Shown in pieces: positions 28,534 through 40,072 of a DNA stretch of 64,000 nt. The DNA is from Cycas panzhihuaensis (lineage: Eukaryota; Plantae; Cycadophyta): NCBI GenBank assembly GCA_023213395.1, contig CM041465.1:102679741-102743740 (forward strand), in the 5' to 3' direction. Within the stretch, counting starts at the first letter, position 1. Every line of letters begins with the position of its first letter. The notes beneath the pieces were generated by a model. It was not told where the DNA came from. It did no database searches and saw only the letters and a list, made by a program, of their open reading frames with translations. The position numbers and the translations under genes were made by a program.

Positions 28534-29392
28534 ACGAAAACTTCAATTGAGATTGAAAATTGAATTGAGCCTTTTTCATTTGGGAGCATTAGTCACATGA
28601 TTTCCCCCCATGTGCCCAACATAAAAAGTGAGACCACTGAAAATTATAACCCCATATTTTCCATAATTAAAAAATGACTAAAATAAACTCAAAAGTTGAC
28701 TTAGCCCTACCAATGTGATCCGGGGCTTATTTGAAAATTTATCAACCATCATTTAATGTGAATAGACTTCAAGTGAATTCAAATATGATTTAATTTTAGT
28801 GGCTTGCGATAAAACAAAATATGCCTAAGTTCTAAATTTCTCCCTTGTTCTTCGTCATGTCGTGCCATCAATTTCACACGCACAATCTAGTTCGGTCATT
28901 AGCAAGTCTCTCATGCAGAATGGGTCTTCTCTTCCAAACTTTATCTTCTTCTTCGAACAATAATTGTCCACTACGCTCACATCTATAAGCTTTACTCGAA
29001 ATATGTTTGACGGCCACTTGACAACCCATCTCCTTTGATTGCTTGTTGGTACACTACGAACTCCAAACATCAGCTTCAAATTAGCATCTTCAAAACTACC
29101 AACAGGTCTTCATGTCTAGCACGATTTCATCTATGGCTTTGCATCTAGCAAGTCTCTTGTCTTCTATTCTATGTTTGTCTCTAGCTACTACGAATAGCTT
29201 TTCATGCTTCTCACATGGCTCTCACATACAAATGGCTTGCTTCTTATTGCCTTCCTCCACAAATCCTACTTCAATTTTTTTGCCAAACTTCCTGTGAGAT
29301 GTCCCTCTTTCTCAGGGTCTAGGTTTTGTTAACTAAACACCTTTCTATGTAGTCTCCATTGACGCCCTAGGTTTAAGTTTTACAATGGAGTA

Positions 29393-29484
29393 TATCTCCT
29401 ATTAAGACTCCTTCGAATAACGTCTTGCATGCCCTATCTATCTCCTATTGAGACTCCTTTGAATGACGGTTTGCATGCCCTATC
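29393..29484. repeat. 46-bp tandem duplication inside G
   Basis: TATCTCCTATT.AGACTCCTT.GAAT.ACG..TTGCATGCCCTATC occurs twice. Confidence 0.9.
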
Positions 29485-30942
29485 AACTGCAAATTGCCCT
29501 TCTTGGGCCTGTTAGCACACATCTCTTTCTACTCTCACAGATTCATACAAAACCACATATTTATGTTATCCACGTCTTCATAAGCCTCACATACCTCAAC
29601 TACTTGTTTTTGCTACTAAGACTTACTACTTAGGATTGCATTTCATTTACGTTGGGTGCCACCCCCTGGCTTGTGTCTCCACAACCTGCTAGTTGCTAAC
29701 TCTCACCCACAAACCCTTTGTTCTAGTAATAAATGGACTCACTGTCAAGCAAACAGTGTTCTCCAATTTGCCCTAACTCGACACCTCCACTAATTCAAAA
29801 TGTTGTTACAAGTCCCTTGTGGTTCAATGAAAACAAACTGCCCAACTTTTTCTATTGATTGCTTTGTGGGGTTTCTTCTGCTACAACCTTGCTTTCACTT
29901 TGCATTACATTTTTCTACTAGGTTTGCAATCTATTTTTGTTTGTCTTATAACTCTAGTGCTCAAACTTCACGTCGGTTTTACACCCTCTTCTTCAACAGA
30001 TCACCTATCTTCTCAAATAATGAATTTTTCAACAATTTGTGGGCTTGCCAACCTCTAGTTTTTACCCTCCAATGCACTACAAATTGCCTGCACACACATG
30101 CTCTTAATCTTTAGAACATACAAACCCTCGAAATGTCTACTTGATGCCCTCCAAATCCTTCAACCAATTTATTGCAAGCTATCCATGCCACCTTCCAAGT
30201 GTTTCACTTACTCAGGTTCATGTGTCACACCCGTCTTAACTTTGAATTGATCTTAATGCTAGTGTCCCAACAAAGTGTTCACAAGTCTATTGTCAATTGT
30301 TGGTTCTATTTCATATATGATTTCCTTATCAACAAGCTTGCACAAACATGGGTCACCTTTAGATAGCAAAGATCGTCACCGTGTGCATGTGCTCTCGCCA
30401 TGAATCTACTATCTCTTCTTTATTCTTCTCACACGGCAATGGACTGACAGATATCTGCTACTTTTCTCACGTGGCCTTTGTTTAATTGGCTCCCATGAAA
30501 CATAGCCACTACAAGGTAATAAATCTTGCATACAAGCCTCCTTCTCATGCTAGCATCTAATAAACTTGTGGACAAATCCTCAACAATCTTGAATGTTCTT
30601 AGAAAAAGGTGCACCATATGCATATAAAATGTCCACAAAACAAAACTTCAAAAACAATCTCACCATCAGTTTCGAGAGGTCAATCTTCAAATTGTATGCA
30701 ACTCCTTAATCTGACAACATGCCTCAGTTTCCTTGATCACATCAGGCATAATACTGGTTCTAACAATTCTCAGCGAGCTACCCCTAGCTCTATAGAAAAT
30801 TGGCTCGTAATTGCTTCAAACAATCTCCCTTAAGATTACTCCACGATCGTCCTACTTGCATATGAGCATTATGGCTCTACATTCACATTGAACAATATTT
30901 GCTCTGATAACCTATAAAATCTACCATACAGCTCTGATACCA

Positions 30943-31559
30943 TGTTAAATTTTAGGTTTGTTATCATCATGACACAATATCAAACATGCTGACAAGATAC
31001 AAGCACATTAATATGCAAATATTCAACAATAGGTCTAATATATCATATGTTCAACAATAGCGCATACAATCACTAATAACAAACAATGAAACATGAATCA
31101 AGCATCTAATATTGAGACACACGATTTATAGTTGTGAAACTTCAAGATAGGAAACATCTACTTTGAATATATGAGATCATTAATAAAAGATTATACACAA
31201 TAAAGCTCATGATGAGAGCACATTAGCTTCCATTGCAGATGAACTAAGTGTCTACATGACTATCCATGAATAAGCTTTGCCCTTTTATAGAAATAGGTCA
31301 CTTCATTAAAGACCAATGATGTTGCACAGAACATCCACCAATAAGGTCATGTGAAAACCTACAAATCTTCCAATGATTTAAGTGAGCATTTGCGTAACAT
31401 TTTATAATGCTCACATATTCCCAAACTTGAGAGAGTATATCTAATGACTCCATCAAAATATGACCGCTAGACAACATTGCATCACTAGAGCATGAGTTCC
31501 AAATACATATGACCATAATAATCATGGATTCACAATAGATTAAACATTATTCTCTGACA
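30943..31559 (-). repeat. 5' LTR of element G
   Basis: Ends TGTTAAA...CTGACA and abuts the Met-PBS. Confidence 0.85.
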
Positions 31560-34500
31560 AATTTATCAAAATCTTTATACATATGAAGGATTTTAATAAC
31601 CATCATTCACAAAGATAGTACAAAATTTTCAACATTGAATCCTAGCCTACATTATTGGGACCTTGGAAAGAAATTAGATCTCTTCACTAAATTGCATGTT
31701 GACATTAAAACAATGTCTCCTAATATGATAATGAAGAATAAATGCTAGATGTTACACATTTACAGATTATGCAACAAAAGAATCAGGAGATGTATGATAA
31801 TTAAGGACTAAAAACAATAAAACATTAGGCTATTTCCATGACAAGATTACAAACCCCAACTTAATGCTCTAATACCAAAATGATAAAGTGGATCAAGAGG
31901 GGACAATGAAGGACAAGCTAAAGACCATTTACACCTGCAATAAAATTGAAGCAGAAACGCCTAAGCACACTAAAATATGGAGAAGAAGGAATAACTTGGA
32001 TTAAAACTCAGCATCATAACATTACACTCTATATAAATAGAAGAGACAATGGTCTCCATTTATAAGTGAGAGAGCTCCCTTTAATCACCAAGTGTCGATC
32101 ATGCATGCACTTATGCAAACATGCCAAAAGAGAGAGAAGGGGGTCAAGGACCTTTAAGTTACAACATGTTACAATACTAGGAAAAGTGTGTGTGCACATT
32201 TATACATTAAGTATAAAGTGTATATTTAATACATAACTTAACAATAAAACATAAAGGTTCTAACACCCCCACCCACTTAAAGTTTACATTGTTAAGGCTT
32301 ACAGTAAGGTCATTTCTAAAATACTCAAACTTTTCTCTACCAAATGCTTTGGTAAAAATGTCCACTAATTTGTTGGCCTGTATACAAGGCCAATCTCACC
32401 ATTCTGTACAATTTCTCTGATGAAATGGTGATGGACGAACCTCAATGTGCTCGGTTCTAGCATAAAAAATATATTCTCAATCATCTTGAGCACACTTTGA
32501 TGATCACAATATAACTTGGTAGGATGTGTCTACTCAAGTTCAAGCTCACTAAGAATCCTCCTGAGCCATATAGCCTTACATGCTACACTGACCATAGCTT
32601 TATAGCCAGCTTCTATGGAGGAAATAGTTACATTAAGTTGATTCTTGCAACTCCATGAGATAACAGTTGACCCCAAGGTTAAAACAATAACTTGACATTG
32701 ATCTCTGGCTATCTTGGCAACTAGCCCAATTAGAGTACGAGAATTCTTCTGGAGTGAAGTCCTCACTATGTGAGTACTGTAGACTATGCTGCAATGTGCC
32801 TTTCAAATATCTGATAATACGTTTTGCAGCATTATAGTGTCTTTGATTAGGTTGAGACATGAACCGAGAATAGATTCCAACTACATAAGATATATCGAGT
32901 CTAATGTTAGTCAAATAAATAAGACTTCCCACTAGTTGCATGTAAAAGGTGGAATCTACTAGTTTTGTTTCCTCATCAAGTGATAGTTTGATGCTAGTCT
33001 CCATTAGGGTAGGTACAAATTTACTGTCCTCCATTTTGAATTGTTGCAAAATATCCCAAGTGTATTTTGCTTGAGATATGAAGATGTCGTCTGGTTGTTG
33101 CCACAACTCCATGCTAAGAAAGTAGTGAAAAGGTCCAAGATCTGTGATCTCCAAACTCCTTTTTAAATCCCTTTGGAGACTCTCAACCATTGTAATATCA
33201 TGTCCAGTGATAATTAAATCATCAATATATAACACAACAAAGGTCACATGCTAGTTCCAAACTTTTATGTACAAATTCAAATCTAATGAGGATCGATGAA
33301 ACCCATGTCTCATAAAGTAATCATCGATTTTAGAGTACCACACATGCAGGGCCTGCTTTAGGCCATACAAGGCCTTTTTAAGGCAACAAACTATGTGTTC
33401 TTTGTCATGCTCAACATAGCCAAGAGGTTGCTCTAGATATACCTCTTTTGTAATCTGAATATACATCCATCTGATAAATAGGCCATTTGCATTGCACTGC
33501 TAAGGCCATTACAAATGTGATGGTATTCATGTTTGCAATCGGTGCAAAGGTTTCATCATAATCAATGCCTTCCTTTTGTTTAAATTCTTTTACCACCAAC
33601 TGAGCTTTGTGTCGCTTATTGAACCATTATATTGAAATTTGATTTTATAGATCCATTTACAGCCATTGCCTACTTGCCTTTAGGCAATTCAACCAAATCC
33701 CAAGTTCCATTCTTTGGAATAGAATGGATCTCATCATTCATAACGCCATTCCACTTTTCTTCTTTACACGTCTCCTCAAAAGTGGAAGGCTCATCAACAG
33801 TTAACACTTCAGCCATAAGTGCATAATTGACATTCTAGTGCGACAATTTAAATGGACATTTTCCTTCTACAATTGATGCACTATGTATACTTTGAAGATA
33901 CCATTTAGGTAATTTCTTTGTCATCATTGTGGTCACCTCAATATCCTAAGCCTGCAAAGGCTGTTCAATATCAAATGGACTTTTAGGATCTAGTGGAGGA
34001 GTCGTAGAAGTAGATGGAGTTGAAGTAGATAATGAAGGTGAAGTAGAAGCCTATGAAGTATATGGCGTTGACAATATTGAAAGAAGGAAATCCTCCACAA
34101 TTGTCTTGCCTTTATCAAAAGGAATATGAATGAAGGCAGGATTCATTTCCTCATTATCCTCGGCAAAGATTATGTCCCTCGCTATATATGTCTTTTTACC
34201 AACGGGATCATATACCCAATAAACTTTGCTATTAGTTGCCATTATCAATGCAGAACTAGTTAAATTCTTTAGATGTGAACTTGTTGACTTGTAGATTCCA
34301 CACCTTTTGTGGAATCAATGCACTTGTCAAGTTTACACAGCGCTATAGTCTAGTTTCAGGATACTGTCAACATGGTCATTCACATACATTCCATATATAA
34401 TTCACAGAATGGTACAGTGATGCAATCAATACATACTCAGCAAATCATCATCACAACACCGAGAATACACCAATTTCCATGTAACTCTTCCTTTTATTAA

Positions 34501-35432
34501 GTCAACAGTTCATTTACACAGAGGTTGGAATGCATTCCTGAGCATTCCAAAGACATCTGATCTTTTTCTGTTACAATGCGTGCCCAGATGGTACTTATCA
34601 TACAGTGATGCTCCAAATGGCTGTCATGCGTACTGGCTCCTGCACCCTAGCGTACCCGTGATATCTGGCTCTCACCCTCGAGCACATGACATAGGAATGA
34701 ATAACTCGACTCTCACACTGGAATGGTCCTCAAAGCACCATTAAATATGTCCCTTTGATGCCTTTTGGATGAAAGGTTATGACCCAAAGTCATAACCATA
34801 CCTTTTTGTCACCAAGGTACCCTTTCACTTTAATCATTAGTTATGCACTTTAACTAATGTCTTCATTAGGTCCGTACGTCCGTACATACGTCTGGCAACT
34901 TCCCAGGCTTCCATCGGTCCTGTACTGTCGTGCGTACCACTTTCGTTCTGCTCTTTGATGCGTATCGTAGTGCGTGCCCGTTCACGCACTGTCATACACC
35001 TGCACGAATACTGGTTTTTTCACTGTTTCGCCTCGTGCGTACCTCCGCGTGGTCCGTACTTGCCTTCCTTTGGTCAATACAAGCCTGTATTCCGTCTTCC
35101 TCAAGGCCTATGTGCCACAATATGTCCCAACATCTATCCTGGGTCAACATGATTGGGTTGAGCATCCTTGCTCAACAAAAAATTCAAAATTTGGGGTATT
35201 CCTCCCCTCTCATTCTAAAAGGCTCCTGCGCCTGCTCCGCTGCTTGGTCGCCATTCTTGGTTAATAAATCCTCATCTATTGGTGCTTTGTTTTGTTCAAC
35301 TTTCCCTTGATTTTCCGTATGATATATCTTTCCTCCATGCTTCACCATATTGCTTATTTGTATGATATGAGTTACGGTTGTTTTTCTGTTTTTTAATTTT
35401 TTTTTGTATTTTATGTTACATACCGAACTGAA

Positions 35433-36071
35433 TCACGTTCCGGTATCAAGGCAATTCGATTTTGCCTCAACTTCATGCAACACGCTATGGTACAACCAGC
35501 TGATTCGGCTGGTAAGTTGCTCCACCCTAGTTGATATAGGGTTTGATTTACTACCCTTGACCATTTCTGTAATAGTGGCACGATAGTTTTTCAACTGGAT
35601 AGTGCCATTCTGGTACACTTTCTCAATCATATATGGGCCTTTCCAATGCATCTTCAATTCTCCCTGGGTTGTTTGGGGTTTGTTGTCGAATCGCCATACT
35701 CGATCACCCTTCTTGAAATACGATGTCTTGTCATGGCGGTCGTGCCTTATCCTTTTCCGCCTTTTCCTTGGTGTGGTATGCTTTGTCGATTTCTTCTTAT
35801 GATCCCTTAATTGGTCTTCTCCTAACCAATGTTCTCTACAATGTCTCGAATGGGAAATTCCACATAGTGGTTCTCCATAAAAGGGCTTCACATAATCTCC
35901 AACATATTCTCCATGATTTCTATCTTCTGGAGTGGCAACTATTTCGGTCACATTCCGAGAAAGTAGGTTACATCTATAGGATGAGGGGTTGACTTCATAT
36001 GCGTCCCGTAGCCAATAATCCACAAATCGCATCCTGTTTCCATCGTCTGAAGAATCTGTAGATTTCTCCAA
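35433..36071 (-). CDS. Integrase C-terminal (GPY/F) domain remnant of element B
   Basis: HD...FKKGDRVW...LKMHWKGPYMIEKVYQNGTIQL. Confidence 0.8.
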   Translation of the reverse strand: MEKSTDSSDDGNRMRFVDYWLRDAYEVNPSSYRCNLLSRNVTEIVATPEDRNHGEYVGDYVKPFYGEPLCGISHSRHCREHWLGEDQLRDHKKKSTKHTTPRKRRKRIRHDRHDKTSYFKKGDRVWRFDNKPQTTQGELKMHWKGPYMIEKVYQNGTIQLKNYRATITEMVKGSKSNPISTRVEQLTSRISWLYHSVLHEVEAKSNCLDTGT

Positions 36072-37047
36072 AATAAGTCAGTTCTACTTTTTGGCGGTCG
36101 ATTAATTTGGTAGGTTCTTCGGCCGTATGGTAGAGATTTTCTTCACGGAACGAAGAAGTTGTTGCTTCACTCGCAATGGTTGTACTTGAACCATCGTCAG
36201 GTATCACTTCAATGGAATTCTTCCCCAACATCGGTAAAACCACTTTGTTTCCATTATCTAATAAGGTGAAGGTCACGTTCTTCCAGTTTTGGAGACACTG
36301 GGTCTTGTATAGCCAGGGCCTCCCCAATAATGCTGGATAGGGTATTGCACCTTTCTCCGTTTCCACAATCGTAAAATCGATCTTTACGACAATTCCTGCC
36401 ACATCCACCTTGATGTTGGCCAGTTTTCCCACAGGTCGCACCAATAGTTCATTAGCCAATTTCAGCGAATAGGTCGTCGCTTCCAACTTCAGGCTTCCCA
36501 ATTTACGCCATGTTGCAGCTGGTAACACATTTACTGCTGCGCCTCCATCCACAATTACTCGTGGGAATGTTTCTCCCAAGACTGACATGGTTACCATTGG
36601 GTCCATGTCGAATGATGGTATAATTTGTTTCAAACTCCTGGTAATTCCTTTCTGTAACACTCCTCCTTTAATCCAATCAATAACTTGAGACAGAGGAATA
36701 GTCAATTGTAACTGTTTCACCAAATTCTCCATTAATAGCAACATTCTGGGAATATCCTCATCTGGCAATCCTTTGAAAAGTTCTTCCATCTGCACCATTT
36801 GGGGTTTTGTCGTAAGTTCTTCCGATAGTCTTTCTTGCTCCTTTTGTTTATTTTTTCGAACATAGACGTATTTCGTTTCTGGTTTACCCATTGGTAGTGT
36901 ATTCTCCTCCCGGACTAAACCATCTAACACTTGTTTTGCTTGTCTATACTGATCCATTTCTGTTGGTGGATTTGGATATCCTTCATCCAATTTCTCTTTC
37001 TGTTTGTTTTGTAATTTCACATTCTTGGTTTCTGGCATGATTGTCAT
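35995..37047 (-). CDS. Aspartic protease region of element B
   Basis: VIVDGGAAVNVLP and LLGRPWL motifs. Confidence 0.85.
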   Translation of the reverse strand: MTIMPETKNVKLQNKQKEKLDEGYPNPPTEMDQYRQAKQVLDGLVREENTLPMGKPETKYVYVRKNKQKEQERLSEELTTKPQMVQMEELFKGLPDEDIPRMLLLMENLVKQLQLTIPLSQVIDWIKGGVLQKGITRSLKQIIPSFDMDPMVTMSVLGETFPRVIVDGGAAVNVLPAATWRKLGSLKLEATTYSLKLANELLVRPVGKLANIKVDVAGIVVKIDFTIVETEKGAIPYPALLGRPWLYKTQCLQNWKNVTFTLLDNGNKVVLPMLGKNSIEVIPDDGSSTTIASEATTSSFREENLYHTAEEPTKLIDRQKVELTYFGEIYRFFRRWKQDAICGLLATGRI

Positions 37048-37257
37048 CAGGTTAGTCGCTTTGGCTTTACCCTTGCAATCCTCTGTTTTGTGGTCGCTTG
37101 GGCCACGCGATTCTGCCTCTGAACGGCTTCGTATTCACCTTCATTGGGCATTCGACTTCGATTGGTTCGAAACAGATAGATGAGGCATCTCCCCATCGGT
37201 TGTTTCTTCCTCAAGGGTTCTGGTGCGCCCCTCATTGTATACACATTTCGAGGTGGG

Positions 37258-38786
37258 TTACCCCTTCACGACCTCGACCTCGAATGCTTTCCCCACAGGA
37301 TTGTAGAAACAATCCTTGGTTGTATGTGTGTCAACCTCACATATATGGCACCACTTTTCCTGTTGGTGCATTGCACTGCTTTTTAAATTTAAATCACATT
37401 CCCTGGTGGTATGTGAGTTTTCTTCACAAATGTGGCACCACTTGGTTACCCTTCCAAAGGTGCTCTTTCTTTTAGGTGTCTCTTCTTCTTCACGGTTATT
37501 TCGATTTTCAACTGCTACCTCTTTTCTTAGTGCCTCCACCCGATTCCTCCTCTGCTACCCCTACCCGCGGAAGGGCTCGGTTGTCTTGGTTCTCGCTTCA
37601 ACTCTCTAATCTCGTCTTGTAATCTTAGCGAAGGAATCTTGTCCCCTCAGCTTGCGTCCATTTCCATTTCAAAGTCTAATGCCAGATCTTGAGCATTCTT
37701 GAATGATTTCAATGGATGAGCATGCATCATGGCTCGCAACTTCTCATTTAGCCCTCTTACAAAGTAATTCTTCATATTATGGTCAGTTATTGTCTCATTG
37801 ATCATGCTCGCCGCAATAATTTTCATTCGGCTAATGTAAGTTAGGACGGATTCTCCCGGCCTTTGCCTGATTTCTCGTAGTGCGATTTCGACGGCTTCAT
37901 TACTGCGAAACTTTTGAAATCTTTCTTCAAACGCTTTCTTAATCTTCACCCATGGCTCATTCTTGTTTGTTTCCTTATACCATGCCAAGGGTACTCCTCT
38001 CAACGTACAGGCGAAGCATGCTTTAATTTCATCTTCGTTTGTAATCTTTTTGACATCAATGAGGCTCTGAAATAGATACACATGCTCTGCTGCGTCCGAA
38101 GTATCATTAAAGATTAGTTTCCCAAAGTCTCTATAATCGTCCATTTTGGGAGATTGCAACTGTCCCCCACCTGATGGTGATTTTTCCCTTCCTCCCTCCT
38201 TTGGGGATGCACCGAGTAACTACTACTGCATTTCTTTCCCAAAGAGCGGATTTTTAAATGGAGTTTTTATGTGTATAGGTTCCACTACACCTGGAACTTG
38301 TATAGTCAATGGTGTTACCGTAATGTAAGATTGATCAGATCCCCTTTCTGTCGAATCTTCAAAAAGCTGTCTCGTTAGCTTGTTCTCCCAATATGCCGAG
38401 GGACCTTCCTCCGCCTTCTTATCGTTGTCACCTAGGTCCTTCGGGCTGTCCTCCACTGGTATACTTCCCTCTGTTAGGATCTCTTTATGTTTTTCATCCA
38501 CTTTTGGCTTCCTTTCAATCTGGGCTAAACAAATCATCTCGATAGGGGTGGTGTCAATACCATGCTCGCTATGGGTTTCCTCTTCCTGAGGTGTCTGGGC
38601 TCCACTTGCCTCAGATCCTTCAACGGACTGTCCCTTAGTCTCGTTGTTTTACGAACTTAACCTCCTCACCCTTCTGAGTTTTGCTTCTTTTGACCATCTT
38701 AGTGCCCTTTGTTTGCTAGTTTCCTTTTCCTTGGGTGAAGTATCCTTCTAGGGCTCTTCCGACCTTGAAGGCCTCTTAGGTGGCAT
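37258..38786 (-). pseudogene. gag of element B (retrotransposon gag domain plus two CCHC zinc knuckles), broken by stops and frameshifts
   Basis: ATG at 38786 (MPPKR...). ORF 37647-38159 has FACTLRG..AWY, QRPGESV and FVRGL. ORF 37258-37539 has CHICEENSHTTREC and CHICEVDTHTTKDC. Confidence 0.85.
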
Positions 38787-40072
38787 TGGAAGGTCCCACA
38801 GTCACGGTGGCTTAGTTCTGACCCGCCATCACGACGGCAGCCAGGGTCCTCTGCCCTTTACACATTCTTTTCCTTTGAAACCCCTAGGCCCTGTCCCTCC
38901 TCAACGGACGTAGGCAACGGAACCAATGTTGACTTGTAGATTCCACACCTTTTGTGGAATCAATGCACTTGTCAAGGTTACACAGCGCTATAGTCTAGTT
39001 TCGTGGATCTGTCAACATGGTCATTCACATACATTCCATATATAATTCACGTAATGGTACACGAAGCATGTAAATCAATACATACTCAACAAATCATCAT
39101 CACAACACCGAGAATACACCAATTTCCACGTAACTCTTCCTTTTATTAAGTCAACAGTTCATTTACACAGAGGTTGGAATGCATTCCTGAGCATTCCAAC
39201 AAAGATACGCCTTTTCATTACAATGCGTACCTGGATGGTACTTATCATACGGTGATGCTCCAAATAGCCGTCATGCGTCTGCTCCGCACTGGCGTGCATC
39301 TGATATCTAGCTCTCACCCTCGAGCACATGACATAGGAATGAATAACTCAGCTCTCACCTTTGGAATGGTCCTCAAAGCACCATTAAATATGTCCCTTTG
39401 ATGCCTTTTGGATGAAAGGTTATGACCCAAAGTCATAACCATACATTTTGTCACCAAGGTACCCTTTCACTTTAATCATTAGTTATGCACTTTAACTAAC
39501 GTCTTCATTAGGTCCGTGCGTTCGCATACGCCCCGGCTTCCTGGCTTCCACCGGTCCCGCATCGCCGCGGCGTACCACTTGCTCACATCGCACGATCTCG
39601 TGGTACGTGCCTGTGCACGCACTGTCATACGCACCTGCATCGCCGGTTTTCATTGTTTCGCCTGCATGCACCTCCGTGGTCCGTACTTGCCTTCCTTTGG
39701 TCAATACAAGCCTGTATTCCGTCTTCCTCAAGGCCTATGTGCCACAATATGTCCCAATAGAACTCGCCACCATTGTCTAATCACAATATCTTCATTTATA
39801 TATCTGACTCCTTCTCTACAGTAAGTTTGAATTCTTTGAACTTTGAGAATGCTTCTAATTTGTGTTTCATACAATATATCCAAACCTTGTGTGAAAAATC
39901 ATCAATGAAGGGGATGAAGTAGAGTGCTCTACCAAGAGATTAAGTGAACATAGGTCCACAAATGTTAATATCTATCAGTTGCAATAATTGTTTTGCCCTC
40001 CATGCCTTGCCTTTTTAAAAGGATTCTCTATGTTGTTTCCCCATTATGCAAGCTTCGTATAGGCATTTATCC

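Larger units (their letters stand above)
20682..31559 (-). mobile_element. Element G: non-autonomous (LARD-like) LTR element with ~615-bp LTRs, containing copia H
   Basis: LTRs at ~20682-21296 and 30943-31559. Met-PBS GCTCTGATACCA at 30931-30942. PPT CTCTCCCTTAA at 21297-21307. No recognisable pol in the internal region, only a faint gag-like remnant near 30150-30230. TSD not resolvable. Confidence 0.8.
34282..39759 (-). mobile_element. Element B: non-chromovirus (Athila/Tat-like) gypsy lacking RT, RNase H and integrase core; tRNA-Glu PBS
   Basis: LTRs at 34282-35132 and 38927-39759. Perfect TSD GAACT (34277-34281 and 39760-39764). PBS TGGTTCCGTTGCC on minus (38913-38925). Confidence 0.9.

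Noticed and set aside
31560-31847. Tandem third-LTR arrangement following the extra PBS of A
   Set aside because: Similarity to the A leader stops after 33 bp and no further A-type LTR was seen to the left. The cryptic-end reading with TSD AAGAT fits better.
34660-34716. tRNA-Glu gene or tRNA-derived SINE
   Set aside because: Only 13-18-nt anticodon-arm matches are present. There is no acceptor stem, T-arm or A/B-box layout, so it is reported as a motif only.
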